Position numbers and translations under genes: made by a program
Notes under the pieces: model-generated
What the model saw: the letters and a program-made list of their open reading frames with translations, nothing else
Database searches by the model: none
Told to the model about the DNA's origin: nothing
Part shown: positions 1 through 13,514 of the stretch, piece after piece
Position numbering within the stretch: position 1 is the first letter of the stretch
Layout of the letters: the number at the start of each line of letters is the position of its first letter
Assembly: GCF_018350175.1 (NCBI RefSeq)
Contig: NC_058368.1
Coordinates: forward strand, 155,746,001 to 155,810,000
From: Felis catus
Lineage: Eukaryota
Length of the DNA stretch: 64,000 nucleotides
Direction: 5' to 3'

Positions 1-1616
1 CAACATATCTTCGACAAAGCAAGAAAGAATATCCAATGGAAAAAAGACATTCTCTTCAACAAATGGTGTTGGGAGATCTGGACAGCAACATGCAGGATGC
101 CAACATGAAAAATAATGAAACTGGACCACTTACACTATACACAAAAATAAATTCAAAATGGATGAAAGATCTAAATGTGAGACAGGAAACTATCAAAATC
201 CTAGAGAAGAACACAGGCAGCAACCTCTATGACATCGGCCATAGCAACTTCTTACTAGGTACATCTCCTGAGGCAATGGAAACAAAAGCAAAAATGAACT
301 AATGGGACCTCATCAAGATAAAAACCTTCCGCATAGCAAAGGAACAATCAACAAAACTAAAAGGCAACTTCAGAATGGGAGAAGATGCCTACAAATGACT
401 TATCAGATAAAGGGCTTATATCCAAAATCAATAAAGAATTTAGCAAACTCAACATCCAAAAAAACAAATAATCCAGTTAAGAAATGGGCAGAAGAGGGGT
501 GCCTGGGTGACTTAGTTGGTTAAATGTCCAATTCTTGATTTCGGCTCAGGTCATGTTCTCATGGTTCATGAGTTCAGGCCCCGCATCAGGCTCTCTGCTG
601 TCAGCACAGAGCTTGCTTCAGATCCTCTCTCCCCTTCTCTCTGCCCTCCCCCTGCTTGTTCTCTCTCTCTTTCTCAAAATAAATAAACTTAAAAAAATTA
701 TAAAAAAAAAAAGTGGGCAGAAGATATAAATAGATATTTTTCCAAAGAAGACATCCAGATGGCCAACAGACACATGAAAAGATGCTGAACATCACTCATC
801 ATCAGGGATGTGCAAATCAAAACTATGATGAGATACCATCTCACACCTGTCAAGATGGCTAAAATTAACAACACAGGAAACAACAGATGTTGTGAGATGC
901 GGAGAAAGGGGAACCCTCTTACACTGCTGGTGGGGATGCAAATTGGTGCAGCCACTGTGGAAAATACTTGCAGGTTCCTACCAAAGGTTAATACCAGAAC
1001 TACCCTATGATCCACCAAGTGCACTACTGGTTATTTACCCAAAAGATGCAAAAATACTGACTTGAAGGGACACATGCAACCCGATGTTTATAGCAGCATT
1101 ATCAACAATAACCAAACTATGGAAAGAGCCCAAATATCCACTGACTGATGAATGGATAAAGAAGATGTGAGATAAATACATAAATGTAAATATTTATGTA
1201 AATAAAATGGACGATTACTCACCCGTAAAAAAGAATGAAATCTTGCTATTTGTGACAACATGGATGGAGCTAAGAGAGTATTATGCTGAATGAAATAATT
1301 GAGTCAGAGAAAGACAAATACCATATGGTATCACTCTGATTTAAGAATCAAAACAGATGAACATAGGAGAAGGAACAAACAAGGGGCAGACCACAAGAGA
1401 CTCCTAACTGTAGAGAACAAACTGAGGGCTGCTGGATTGGCGGTGGGTGGGGGGATGGGCTAAATGGGTGATGGGTATTAAGGAGGGCACTTGTGAAGAG
1501 CACAGGGTGTTATGTGTAAGTGATGAATCACTAAATTCTACTCCTGAAACTAATATTATACTATATGTGACTAACTAGAATTTAAATAAAAATCTGAAAC
1601 AAAAAAATAAAAAAAG
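1..1616 (+). mobile_element. LINE-1 3' portion (degenerate ORF2 C-terminus, 3' UTR, A tail), carnivore type; runs off the left edge
   Basis: Frameshifted ORF2 peptides ([44 protein letters not shown]), a G-rich 3' UTR at 1440-1490, then AATAAA and an A-rich tail at about 1585-1616. Confidence 0.95.
496..710 (+). mobile_element. CanSINE (SINEC_Fc-like) nested in the L1
   Basis: tRNA-derived head ggggtgcctgggtg, (CT)n tract and A tail. TSD aa(a/g)tgggcagaaga at 482-495 and 711-724. Confidence 0.95.
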
Positions 1617-2879
1617 ACTTTGTGAAGAATGCTTTAGAATCTGAATAGAAACTTGTACAGTGTCCAATAATGAGATACTTCTCCATAATGTTCCACTTTT
1701 AAGTGTTCAACTGTATATTATGAAAGAAGTATTTCATTCCAAATGTCTGAACATGACAATTATAAGCTAACTAGGTAATCTTTCTGGCTTAATTTTGAGA
1801 ATTATGTTAATATATCAACTTAGGATATTTAATGTAACTGCCTCATTTTCTCCCCAGAAGTAAGGGCTGGAGAGATGAGTCTAGAATATCCACTTCCTAC
1901 CTCCCACTTCTGACCAGGGAGGTGGTCCCTTTGCACATAGCTACGGCTCTGGAGAGAGCAGTATCTTGGGCAGCTGCTGAACACAAAAAAGGCAGTCAGA
2001 TCATCCTCATTATGTAGGACAGGGTGAATCTGAGTGAGAAAGCAAAGGAAGCCCTGCAAGGACAAAAATTCCTTAGAATATAGAGTGGGAATACAGCTAT
2101 CCTTACTGACTGGACTTGATGGGGTCATTTCATTGTCATTTTTATAGGACTACTCTGGCTACATGAGTGTGCCCTGAATTATACAGGGCAATAAGCCAGA
2201 AGCCTACTTAAACAAGAAAGAAACCATGTTTAGACCTCTAAATATAGCATTTTTTATGATTAACCTTTCAAATTTTTTCAAATATCTCAGGTTAACAGGC
2301 AACTGTTTTGTGGCATACTTTTAGCTCAATGGTGACTATTGTTATTCGAACTATTAATAAAATTTAATACCACTTAAAATAAATGGGACACATTCCTTAT
2401 TATTCAAATACATTTTAAAATATTTTAAAATTTATCCTTCGAAAATTTTTAATCTTTTCAGGGTTTGTTTTTATAGTTTTAAAAGAAATATTTTCTCTAA
2501 TTTAGTCACTAGAGTCACTAGGTTCCATTTTATGAGTTTCCCTATAATGTCAGTTTGCTATACTTGTCAAAACATTTATCACTCACATCTTCATTTAATA
2601 AATATTTGGGTGCCCACTATGTACCAGACACTGTGTATACAAATATGAATAAGATACAGTAAATACCTAATTATGTACAAGGCACAAAAACATAAGCAAA
2701 TAATTCCCAATACAGTGAAGAGTGGGCTAATGAAAGATAAAATGTGATATACATACAAAGAGCTTAGAACAATGTGTAGCACACTAACTCTCAAAATGGT
2801 AGCATGTACAATCAACTATTGATAAGACAGTCCCTACCAGTAATGACAATCCAAATGAAACAATACCTTTCAGCCTATA

Positions 2880-3390
2880 GATTGATCTCCAAATATTGAC
2901 TCAGAACCTACTCTGTGTCAGGCATTGTACTAAAAACCTGGGGCATTCCAATGACAAAATAAAAATACCAGCCCTCCCGGAGCTTACAATCTAACAGGAG
3001 AGACAGACAATAAAACAATATTTAATGGATAGGTAAATTATATGATAGATCAGAAGGTAATGAGTGTTATAAAAAAAGGAAAAGTAGAGCTGGGTAAATA
3101 AAATGGGAAATGGGTGGGTTGTAATTATAACTAGGATAGTGAAGGTATATATCTCTATTGAGATGATATTGGAGAAAATACTTAAAGGATTTCAACAAGT
3201 TAGCATTGCATATATTTGGGGGCAAACACTACAGACAGAGTGAACAGCCAATGCAGAAAGTGAGAGGCAGGGGTATGTCTGGCATAATCCAAGAATAGCA
3301 GGGAGGTCAGTGGTGCTAGAATGGAACAAGTGAAGAAAAGAGGGGCAAGAAATTGGGAGAGAGAAAAAGAGAGCAGTTTTCCTATGGCCA
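2880..3390 (-). mobile_element. Ancient LINE-2 3' fragment
   Basis: Typical L2 motifs (cctactctgtgtcaggcattgtacta; gagcttacaatcta; agaatagcagggaggtcagtggtgctagaa). Boundaries are approximate. Confidence 0.65.
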
Positions 3391-5518
3391 CTATCTAAGT
3401 AAAGTCAAATCTCAAAGTAGAGTCATTTAGTCCAATAAGTCATCCAACAACCTTTCAATATTATGTATGTTCAAGGCAACTTGTTAGGTGCTACAAGATA
3501 CAAAAAGATGATTAACCCAGAATCTTTATCCAAATGAAGCTTACAATATTTCCACAAAGGGATTAATTTATATTAAACCTTTTTTAGTAAAAACTAAACC
3601 TGGGGTCACTAGAAAGGGGGAGTGTGAAAAAGGCATGTGGATGGGCATGAGCAGAATTACTTTAAAATCAGAATGCAACCTCCTCAGAAACTCTCCTACT
3701 TAAACTATCTTATAAAAGATACTCCAACAGTTAATAGTAATTTACAGTAGAACAGGACCTTCAAAGAATCCCATAAAGATTAATTTGTTCATCATTTTAA
3801 TCCTTTTTGAAGAAAGTTGCTTGGTTAGATCTTTTGCCAAAAATAACTATTTAAACCCACATAAGAAGGAACTAACAAACATCAATATCATTAGCAATTA
3901 AGAAAATGTACCCCTTAATAGAAATAATGGTTTTTAATGAAAACTACTAATTATCAACTTCATATTATATTTCCTAAAGAATAAAGTGTTTTATGATCTA
4001 TAAAACTTTATTAAAAGATAGGGTGCATTATTAACTTACATTATTCCTCCTGAAGAGTGAATGAATACATCACAGATATAAAGTGAATATACCAGAAATC
4101 ATTTGATGGAGGAGGTAAAAACAAAAGGACAGAATTATTTAAGGGACATTATATGGTTCTAAAAGTTTTGAAATGCTGCTTATATGTTTAATTAGCTTCA
4201 TTTGAGCTAAAAGGGCAAAATCATTTTAAATATCAAGAATAAACATCACTACATTAGTGAAAATTGAAATATTACAATTTCCAGAATGTGTCAAAATATC
4301 CACCAAATTAATTTTTTTAAAGTGGCAAATTTTTTAAGTGGTTTATAATACTCAACAAAAAAAAATCACGTTATATAACATAATGTAAAAGAATTTATAT
4401 AAACAATCTGCATAAAAATAGAGGTTCTCACTGCAATAAGTTGTATTTAATAAAGAAAATGTATAGAGTAATTCTTAAATTTTAAATTCAATGTAGTCTA
4501 CAATTAAATCTCTTTTAAGTGTCTGACTTTTATTACTAATGCTATATTAATAGTTGTGAAAGATACATTTTTCTTTTGTATGCCTAGAATGCAACATATA
4601 ACTACTTCAAAATACTTACTACAATCTGCCTCATATCAGAGTTACTTAAGAATATTTCGGCCTCTCCCAAGACTGTATGTGAGTTCCTGGAGAACAAGGA
4701 TTCTGGCTTTTCCATCTACATATCTCACAAAGGGCTATGGCAGACACAACACTTTTAAATAGTGCTCAAATGAATTGAAATGTGAAGAGGTCCAATCAAA
4801 GCTGTGCTACTCAACAGGACACATTTCCTTCAGTTTCAAGATACATCTGGTATCTTGACTTGTAATGCTGGCTAATTTCATGTGCCTTGAGTAGAAATTA
4901 TGTTTTATTCTTCCCCCATTTTTTAATTTTTAATATCTAGCACTTGGGAGATGGTATAAAATCAATGAAGGTATTGTAAAACAGTACAACCTATAACTGA
5001 TACTGTACTTTTATCATTCTAGTAGTTATTTTAGGCATCTTGAAAGTACCAAAATAAATTTTAAAAGTAAAAATGATTAGGACTAACTAGACGATGAGGG
5101 GCTAAATTCTTTATTTAACATAATCATTTAGTCATTACGTCCCAGATTTACCATCGAAGTTTACCATCTAGGTGTCTACCTCTTCTTGGTAACACTGTAT
5201 CTAGTAATGGGGGGGAGGGAATCAAACCTGCTCTCCACCGGCTTTGGCAAATAAAAGGATACAACTGATTACAATATTGTGTAAGTAAATAAATAAACAT
5301 TTATTGAGGGGTCACTAGTTGCCAAACAGTATGCAGGTGGTCTTTGTTCAATTTATGGGATCAAATATGGGGTAAAATGTGAGAAGAGTCACAAACCTCC
5401 ACATCATCTCTACTAGGGCTACCCTGTAAGGCCACAGTCTATGTACTGCATGACCCCAAGGGGTGCCGGATAAGAATTATGTTCCCTTACAATTGTGCAA
5501 CGAAGCACCTGTCTCATA

Positions 5519-5690
5519 CAATATTTCATCCACCTACAATACCATCAATTTTGAAAGGTAGTACTGTTTTATGTACCATTAAGAGAAAAAAAGTCACCAA
5601 ATAATCCATGATATGCCATTAATTTTTAAGATGCATCCCAAATTCAGAGATGTTAAGATGTGATAAAAGGTTTTAAAATCAATGAAAAAA
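5519..5690. mobile_element. MER104-like TcMar-Tc2 non-autonomous DNA transposon
   Basis: Resembles the recalled MER104 consensus (ttatgtaccattaag; taagatgcatcccaaattcagagatgttaa). Degenerate TIRs are tatttcatc and aatcaatgaaa. Confidence 0.6.
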
Positions 5691-6017
5691 GATGATAATC
5701 TGAGCAATCTTCAATTGACTGAGCTATATACGCACAAATAATAGCTTTTACTTGATGGCATTATTATATATGCAGTCTGCACAAGAATTCTGAGGGAAGT
5801 TTTTCACTCTCCTGTGTGAAATTGAAACAAAGAACATTAAGAGCAAATGAAGTATAGTTAACATCATAATTCACATATAATGCACTAAGATTTTCAAATT
5901 TATATTCTTCCTTTTAGATCTTAAAATTGATTATGTTAGGAATACTGTTTTCAACTAACTTTTAGGTTGCAATCTAAATTACTTAATGACCACCTATCCC
6001 CTACCCCTGTCTAATAA

Positions 6018-6037
6018 CACATGCGCGGGCACGCGCG

Positions 6038-6090
<53 letters not shown>
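6018..6090. repeat. Compound (GC)n(CA)n microsatellite
   Basis: Directly visible alternating purine-pyrimidine run. Confidence 0.95.
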
Positions 6091-6091
<1 letters not shown>

Positions 6092-7147
6092 ATTTTCTTC
6101 TCTCCCAATCCCATCAGATACTGAGACAAAGGCCAGAGAAGCTACTTGCAAATACAAATGGAGAGGAAGAAACTCAGTTCTAATATAAAAATTTCAATAA
6201 CCAGAATGGTAAACAGAAAAATCTAGATCCCAATAATACCTTTGTCACTAATAATGTTGCAAATCTGAGCAAATTTCTCTTAATCTCAGTTTCCTCATCT
6301 ACATCTAGAAGTAAACCAGTCAAACTTGGTATGTCTCTGAAAAATGCCTACCAGGTTTCAGATACTATCTTTTGGCAACATATTCTGGTGGAATCCTTCT
6401 CCTAGAAGTAATGTTCTTCCTAAATGTACTCTTTATATAAAATAGTAAACAAGTGTGGGCTGAATGAATTGGACACATTCCTTTTTATATGGAAAAAATA
6501 TGCCTTACTGCCAAAAATTTAGAACAGCAACAACGCAAAAACGAGTTCCTCTTCTCAATGACTAAAAGAGATTTTACCTTTGATAGATTTATTTAATTTA
6601 ACAATATAAAATCCTAATTCTAATTTTTATCTGACAGTTCAATTAAAAAAATTGTTAATCCATTTTACAGCTCTGGAAATGGAGTATTATTATTGCTTCA
6701 GTAGAAACATGAAACTTTGGCCCAGAATGTCTAAAAGACTTCTAAATAAAAAATAGTGACTATTAAAAAATGTCAAACTATTTTAGAATTACCAAATATA
6801 ATAGCATCCTGAAAGATAAAGGCCTGTGATCTCTTTATCATCTCCTGGGGAAGAGAAAATTTTCTGAAATTTCAGGGGGAAATTTCAAACACCAAATTGG
6901 GCATTTGGAAGCTATATTAAAGTTTTTAGGAAAACAGATTCAGGTATAAGAATCATTTTTAGGACCCACAGAAATTAGGGAAAGTCTTGGCAGATGACAA
7001 CTACTGAGATTCATATTCAAACTTTATCTTTGTTTTTATGGGATCTCTAAATAAGCCACTAATTGCAGCTTATCATCTGTTAATTTTCAAGGAAAAAAAA
7101 TCAATGTTTTCTTCTAAATTAAATAATGAAAATAATGCTAAGAATAA

Positions 7148-7339
7148 TTTTTTTTTTCTTTTGAGAGAGAGAGCTAATGGTGGGTAGGGAGCAGAGAGAC
7201 AGGGAGACAGAAACCCAAGAAGGCCCCATGCTGTCAGCATGGAGCCCAATGCGGGACTTGAACTCACAAACCATGAAATCATGACCTGAGCCGAAATCAA
7301 GAGTTGGATGCTTAACCAACTGAAGTACTTGGGAGCCCC
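7148..7339 (-). mobile_element. CanSINE
   Basis: Poly-T, (GA)n, atcatgacctgagccgaaatcaagagttggatgcttaaccaactga, and a head ending gagcccc. Confidence 0.92.
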
Positions 7340-8505
7340 ATGAATAAAATTAATATGAGTATGAGATGATACTGATACATAGAGTATGTTAGGCAGCAAT
7401 TTCATGCTCTGAGCAAGTAAATCTAAATACACAATTTCATAATGTTTACAAATGCACATATATAATTCAAATTGAAATGAGAGGAGTCTATAATGTAAAT
7501 ATTCAAGTCACTCAGTAAACCTGTTATATGGCCCCGCTATGCTACACATGAGAGATGCACACAGCGGTGCTCACATCCACTGATAAAGCCATACTGTGCA
7601 GATGTGAATACTGGACTGGCTCAACAGTGGAGCAACATGCTGACGGCTGAGATCAAGCAAACTTAACCTACAGACAAGCTGAAATCAGGAGAGGGTTAAA
7701 AAAAAAAAAAGTCAACTACAGTAAACAAAGCACTTTTGAGTCAATTATATAAGGTGATTTAGGCTTTCTCTCATCCCCACCTGCAATAACACCAAACTCC
7801 TTTGCAGTCAAACAACCCATACATTCCAGATGGACAGTTTGGGGTGCAGGCAAAAATAAAGCGTGACAGTGTCTTATTGCAGAGGAGAGAAGGTGGGTCC
7901 CAGATTCTACACTCAATCTATCCACTCACTGCAACTCTCTAACAGCAGTCTTTGAATAAACTATTGCATTGTGGGGAATATTATTTGTCTTGCACCACAG
8001 CAATTGCCTTGCAATTCAAGAGAGATCCACTTATTCAGTCACTCATGTGTATATATTTTATGTATATGCAGAGAAATCTTAGAAAGCCACTTGTAAAAAA
8101 TGCTCACTACTGGCAATGTAGTGGTAGGAAAAACATAGGCTTTGCAGTCCAATAGACCTCACCTCAAAATTTGGTTTAGTTACTCTTATTAGGTATACAA
8201 CCATGAGTAAGTCTATTTACATCTGAGTCTCATTTTACATATCTGTAAAGTCAAGGTAATACCTGAGACAGGTGTGAAGTTTACACAAAGAAACAAACAA
8301 CTATTCCTAACTAGACAAATGTATGCACAAAGCCCCAGCCAGAAAGGGAGGGGTAGTAGGACACAGAGGGTATTAAATTGTCCCTCTTTCCCCAAAAGAG
8401 GTGCAAGTTGTGAAAATGCAAGAATCACCATTCACATTCAAAGCCTGATAGAAGCATGGTCAATCCATGCTTTATGAGATTGAGAGAGAGAGAGACACAG
8501 AATCC

Positions 8506-8694
8506 TTTATTTATTTGTTTATTTTTGAGAGAGAGAAAGAGAGAGAGAGAGTGAGTAGGGGAGGGGCAGAGAGAGAGGGAGTACAGAATCCAAAGCAGGG
8601 TCAGAGCCTGAAGTGGGGCTCAAACCCATGAACTGTGAGATCATGACCTGAGCCAAAGTCGGACACTCAACCAACTGAGCCACCCAGGCGCCCC
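8506..8694 (-). mobile_element. CanSINE with a small internal deletion
   Basis: (TTTA)n tail, (GA)n, and head ctgagccacccaggcgcccc. Confidence 0.93.
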
Positions 8695-9349
8695 AATCCA
8701 ATTGTATTTTAGACAGTTGCTGTCAAATGTAACTTTAGGCAAGAAAGAAGAATTGAATTTGGAGAACTAGGAAGAATATAGCTTCAGAAATGGAGAGTTG
8801 TGGACACGTGGAACTTGGATCATAAACTAAGAATATTACAATAATTATAACTAGTATTTATTGAGTGAATATTATGTGTAAAACCCTGTACACATGTGAC
8901 AGACACCAGCACCCAGCTCTTAACCATTATAAAGTCAGTATACTGCAAAGGAAGGCAAACATAAAACAGGGAGACAGAACCAGTGCAGAACTAGTAGAAT
9001 TTGGTAGTACATTAGACCTCAACTGGAAAGCAGGCTAAATATCTGAGCCCTCCTGGGAAGCAAGAGGCCACCCATTTTAGAGGAAAGAAATGGGAAATGA
9101 AAAGTAGGTTGCTAAGCTCCAAAATGGGCATGCGGTTCTCCAGGGCCTTCTATTCTACTGTTCCTGAGCAGTAGAAAAAGAAAACAAACATTCTAAGTCC
9201 TCCAATTCCAATGGCCTGGTCAATGTGGACTGACATCTCAGTTTCTATGAAGATGGTGAGGAAGATGGAGAACAGGTGAAGTAGTCTACACATAGTGCTC
9301 CCTGAGACCAGATAAGAAGAGTTAAAACTGGATAGGCCCAAATGTCTTT

Positions 9350-9408
9350 AAAAAAGAAAAAGAAAGAAAGAAAGAAAAGAAAAGAAGAGAAAAGAAAAAA
9401 GAAAGAAA
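9350..9408. repeat. (GAAA)n/(GAAAA)n purine-rich simple repeat
   Basis: Directly visible. Confidence 0.9.
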
Positions 9409-9649
9409 TGATGTACTCTGTTCTAGTTTCTCTATTTCAGATTACATAGCTGCTCATATTGTTCTACTTTCATGTTGCCTAACGTATCAACTAAAAAATG
9501 GTTCTTATTTTAATCTTATAAACTGCTTTGTTTGGTTGCCTGTATATTCAACTCCAAAAAAGAGAAGTAGGCCAGTGCTTCTAGAAATGTGCTTTGCAAA
9601 CCTCTAGAGGTTTCTGAGAGTTTAAGGGGATCCACATGATACTAAGACA

Positions 9650-9851
9650 GGGGCACCTGGGGGGCTTTATTAACGGATTCTTGATTTTGGCTCTGGTCAT
9701 GATCTCACTGTTCGTGAGATCGAACCTGCACTGGGCTGTGCGCTGACAGCGTGGAGCCTGCTTGCGATTCTCTCTCTCCCTCTCCCTTCCATTGCCCTCC
9801 CTGGCTCACACTCTCTCTCTCAAAATAAATGAATAAACATTAAAAATAATA
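9650..9851 (+). mobile_element. CanSINE nested in the Charlie1 relic
   Basis: Head ggggcacctgg, (CT)n and A tail. TSD atactaa(g/a)aca at 9639-9649 and 9852-9862. Confidence 0.93.
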
Positions 9852-10007
9852 ATACTAAAACATTATGTGTCTTTTTCACTGTGTTGGCATCTGCATTAAC
9901 AGTGAAGAAAACAATGGAGAAAAACTGCCTGTGACTTAGCACTGATCACAGCAGTGGTACCAAACTATACTAGCAGTCATTGCATTCTTCACTGCCACAC
10001 ACTGAAC

Positions 10008-10043
10008 GGGGGGGGGTGGGGGGGGGTGGGGGGTGGGGGGTGG
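10008..10043 (+). repeat. Poly-G/(GnT) tract, G-quadruplex-capable
   Basis: Four runs of six or more G separated by single T. Confidence 0.85.
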
Positions 10044-11359
10044 AAGCAAGTTCACTTAAAAATTGTTGGTGGAGCAGTAAAATTACTTTTATTAAATCTC
10101 AACCCCAGAGTATATGTTTGTTTAATATTCTGAGTGAACTAGAAGGTACACATAAAGCACCTGCAAAACAAATTATGTTAGTCTAGAGGAAAAGTAGTTG
10201 TGCAATGGATGAGTTGTGAGCTAAGGTAGCTGTCTTTTTAATAGAAGATGATTTTTACTTGTAAGACTGATGAACAAACAATGATTATGCAGGTTGGGTA
10301 TTTGGAAACCATTTTCTTGAAAATAAAATAAGCCTGATAGTTGAAGAAAAAACAACAAATGGTGCTTGTTGCTAATGATAAAAATTGAACTTTCTTGCTA
10401 AAAATTAAAATTTGGGGAAACTTATATCCTCCCTGATAAGCTTAATAGTTTTTCAATTCTTAAAATCTTTGCAGATGCCACTGGCACATGGCATTCCTTT
10501 CTAATAGTATTAGAAAGGAATTTTTGATACTACTTAATAAAATACGTCAATATCTGGAAGATCTATAGGGTTCAATGATACATTATTTTCCAAATGACTA
10601 ATACATGATGTTGTAAAGTCATTCACAAGCAAAAGATCCATTCAAAGTACAACAAAGACCAATGAGTTTTCATGAAAATAGTACAAAATACTTACACATG
10701 TGTTTTAGATTCATACAGTAAGTAATCTTTAAGAAACTACTTCTTGTTGAGTGTTGGTGTAGCATCAAAGGAGAATATATACAATTATCTGAAAAAGTTA
10801 TTAAAATTCTCCCTCCTTTTATAATTGCATATCTGTGTGAGGCCAAACTTTCTTCATAAATGTTGACAAGGAACATATCACAAGAGAGTGAATGCAGAAA
10901 CAGAAGTGGAATTCAGCTGTTGTCTACTAAGCCAGACATTAGAGATTTTTTTAATGCCAACACTTCTATGTGTTTTTGTTTGTTTTAAAAAATACAGTCA
11001 TTTCTCATAAAAGTATGTTATTTATGTCATCATCGAGTGGGCTCATTGTTATTTTAAAATATTTAAATACTTTTTCAAATTTAATTCTTTTTGTCATAGA
11101 TATGAATAGATATAATAACCCACGTAGACAAAAACACTTTAGTGATCTTAATAATGTTTAAGCATATAAAGGGGTCCTGAGACCAAAGGTTTGAAAAGCA
11201 GTGATTATAAACCAATTGGAAAAGACCTCATTTGGCCATAATTCTTCCCATATTTCCCAAGGGAAAGAAAGAGGGTAAGGAGGGAAGATAAAGAAAACGG
11301 GATATACCAAATAGTAGATATCCCACTGGTTGATTTCATAAGCATTAATTTACCTTATT

Positions 11360-11515
11360 TATTCCTTACAACAGCCTATTAGGTATGATATCCTTACTTT
11401 ACAGAAGAAGAGACTGAAGCTCAGAGAGGTGACTTGTCTAACATCACAGCCTGTCAAAGAATTAAGATTACAACATGCCTCTCTTTGATCCTGAAGTTCT
11501 TTTTCTTTCCACCAC
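11360..11515. mobile_element. MIR relic
   Basis: MIR core-like tttacagaagaagagactgaagctcagagagg. Confidence 0.6.
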
Positions 11516-11643
11516 ATCCTATTTATAGCAGAATCCCTCACCAAAATTGGCCAGTGGCTAGACAAAACCGATAAATGCACAATTCTGGTCTTCACTGTAA
11601 TTTCTGTTCTAAATCTAAAGATCTAATTATTTTGCTGACTTTA

Positions 11644-12107
11644 AGCCAGAGGACAAAGCTCCCCATAACCAGTAGAGCAATCCCTGAATACTCCAGTTTG
11701 GAAAAAAGTCCGGGAGACTTTCTCTGAATGACAACAGATGGTGTGAAAGAGCCAGGAGAAGCTGAGGCAGAGCACTGCACACGAAAAGAACATCTCCAAA
11801 ACCACCTTCTCCTGTAGAGGGGCCATGAAGTACATATTTGGTCTCAGCACGGTCAAGATTCCCAAAAAGAGAAACAGCACAAAACCAAGCAGATGGGTCC
11901 AGATGTTGCCAGTTTCTGTATGGATGCGGAAAATGCTCTTGAAGCAAGCCCAGAAGGAGGGCATTGGCGGTCTGTGGCCATGTAGCAGGTAGTCATTGTC
12001 CTTCAGCCAGCCGGGGAGTGTGTCATAGGGGTTGACCCTCCAGTGTCCCTCCCAGACCTCATACACAAACTCCTCCATCTTCTCCATGGCATGGTGGGCT
12101 TGCAGGG
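11644..12107 (-). pseudogene. ADIPOR1: Processed pseudogene fragment of adiponectin receptor 1 (about codons 70-224)
   Basis: Reads LQAHHAMEKMEEFVYEVWEGHW...IHTETGNIWTHLLGFVLFLFLGILTVLRPNMYFMAPLQEKVV...HSEKVSRTF, then a +1 frameshift in the A6 run at 11702-11707, then SKLEYSGIALLVMGSFVLWL. It is intronless and carries scattered substitutions. Confidence 0.95.
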
Positions 12108-12477
12108 TTGTTAAGTGGGTTTATAGAACAATGGACTAACTTTCTGAGTGTTAGTATATGTCAGTCATACAGAGTATCAGAGTTCTTTCAACTATCATAC
12201 TAGTCAATATCAAAGAGCACATTGATATAGTGAAAGGTCTGTCTCTTTTGCTTTGTAGGTTCATGTAAGCAAGCATTTATTCAAATATTCATTCATCAAA
12301 TATTTATTAAAAATCTACCGTTTACTAGGCTTTGGTAACATGAAACATGAAAACATAAAGATTGATTTCTGATGATTAAAACAGAATTAAGGCCCTTTAA
12401 GTGCTTTAAAATGAAACAATTTTGTGGCTACTTTTCCTATAATCCAGTTTGATCAGTTTACCTTTTAAATGAAAATC

Positions 12478-12719
12478 TTTTTTTTAAAAGAATTTAATGT
12501 ATTTAAGTTTACTGATTTATTTTTGAGAGAGACACAGAGAGTGTGCATGCACTGAGCACACCAGCACGTGTGGGGGAGGGGCAGAGAGAGGGTGAGAATC
12601 TCAACCAGGTTTTGCACTATCAGCACTGAACCCAAAGCAAGTCTGGACAAAGCAGAAGATCATGACCTGGCTGAAATCAAGAGTCTGATGCTCGACTGAC
12701 TGAGCCACGCAGGTGCCCC
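12478..12719 (-). mobile_element. CanSINE
   Basis: Tail, (GA)n and head ctgagccacgcaggtgcccc. Confidence 0.92.
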
Positions 12720-12836
12720 TAAACAAAAATCTTAAAGAAACTAAGGTAATCTGTAGTGAACATTTAATGATAATATTTTAATACTGCTTTACTGGGTTGT
12801 TAGAAAATGCAAGTGTAACTAGTAATGATCTTTTAA

Positions 12837-13034
12837 AAATGTATTTATTTATTTGGGGAAGAGCACAAGTGGGGGAGGGGCAGAGAGAGGGACACAGAGG
12901 ATCTAAAGTGGGCTCCGAGCTGACAGGCTGACAGCAGCGAGCCCGATGTGGGGCCTGAATTTATGAATCATGAGATCATGACCTGAGCGGAAACCAAGTT
13001 GGTCGCTCAACCGACTGAGCCACCCAGGCGCCCC
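12837..13034 (-). mobile_element. CanSINE
   Basis: Head ctgagccacccaggcgcccc; the repeat gatcttttaa occurs on both sides. Confidence 0.93.
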
Positions 13035-13424
13035 AAAAGCGATCTTTTAATTAGGGGCTAACTTTGTCAGGTGGGATCCACTTCTCTCCTGGCTTCAGGT
13101 GGAGACATTCACCTAGAGTGGCATTCTCAATTTCTTTCACTACCCTTCACTCTCTCTCTCATAGGGGAAGTGACTTACTTGATATAGTACATTTGGGAGA
13201 AAAAACAGAATGTTCAACTCAGCCTTTCTGGGCATCTTTCAAATCTACTTGCAAAAAGGATGCATTTCAGCTTATTTTCTATTATGTGAAAGGCAAAGTG
13301 GGGGTGCTTGGAAAATGGGTAAAAATTCTTTTCAGGGGGAAATATATTAGGTAATCTAAATTTAGTCACAGATCTAAGCCACAGCTTCCATTTGAACTAT
13401 TATCAATTAGTAAAGCTGGTATTT

Positions 13425-13480
13425 GTTTCTGTTTTAAGTTTATTTTTTATTTTGAGCTAGAGTACACATGAGAGAAGGGC

Positions 13481-13514
<34 letters not shown>

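Larger units (their letters stand above)
9573..11203. mobile_element. hAT-Charlie1-like DNA transposon relic, interrupted by a SINE
   Basis: Starts cagtgcttct and ends ggtcctgagaccaaaggtttgaaaagcagtg, resembling Charlie1 termini. Internal Charlie1-like motifs include tgtgaggccaaactttcttca and gaatgcagaaacagaagtggaattcagctgt. Confidence 0.7.

Noticed and set aside
11641..12087. 148-aa ADIPOR1-like ORF as a functional gene
   Set aside because: It is truncated at both ends, frameshifted, carries many non-conservative changes and has no visible promoter.
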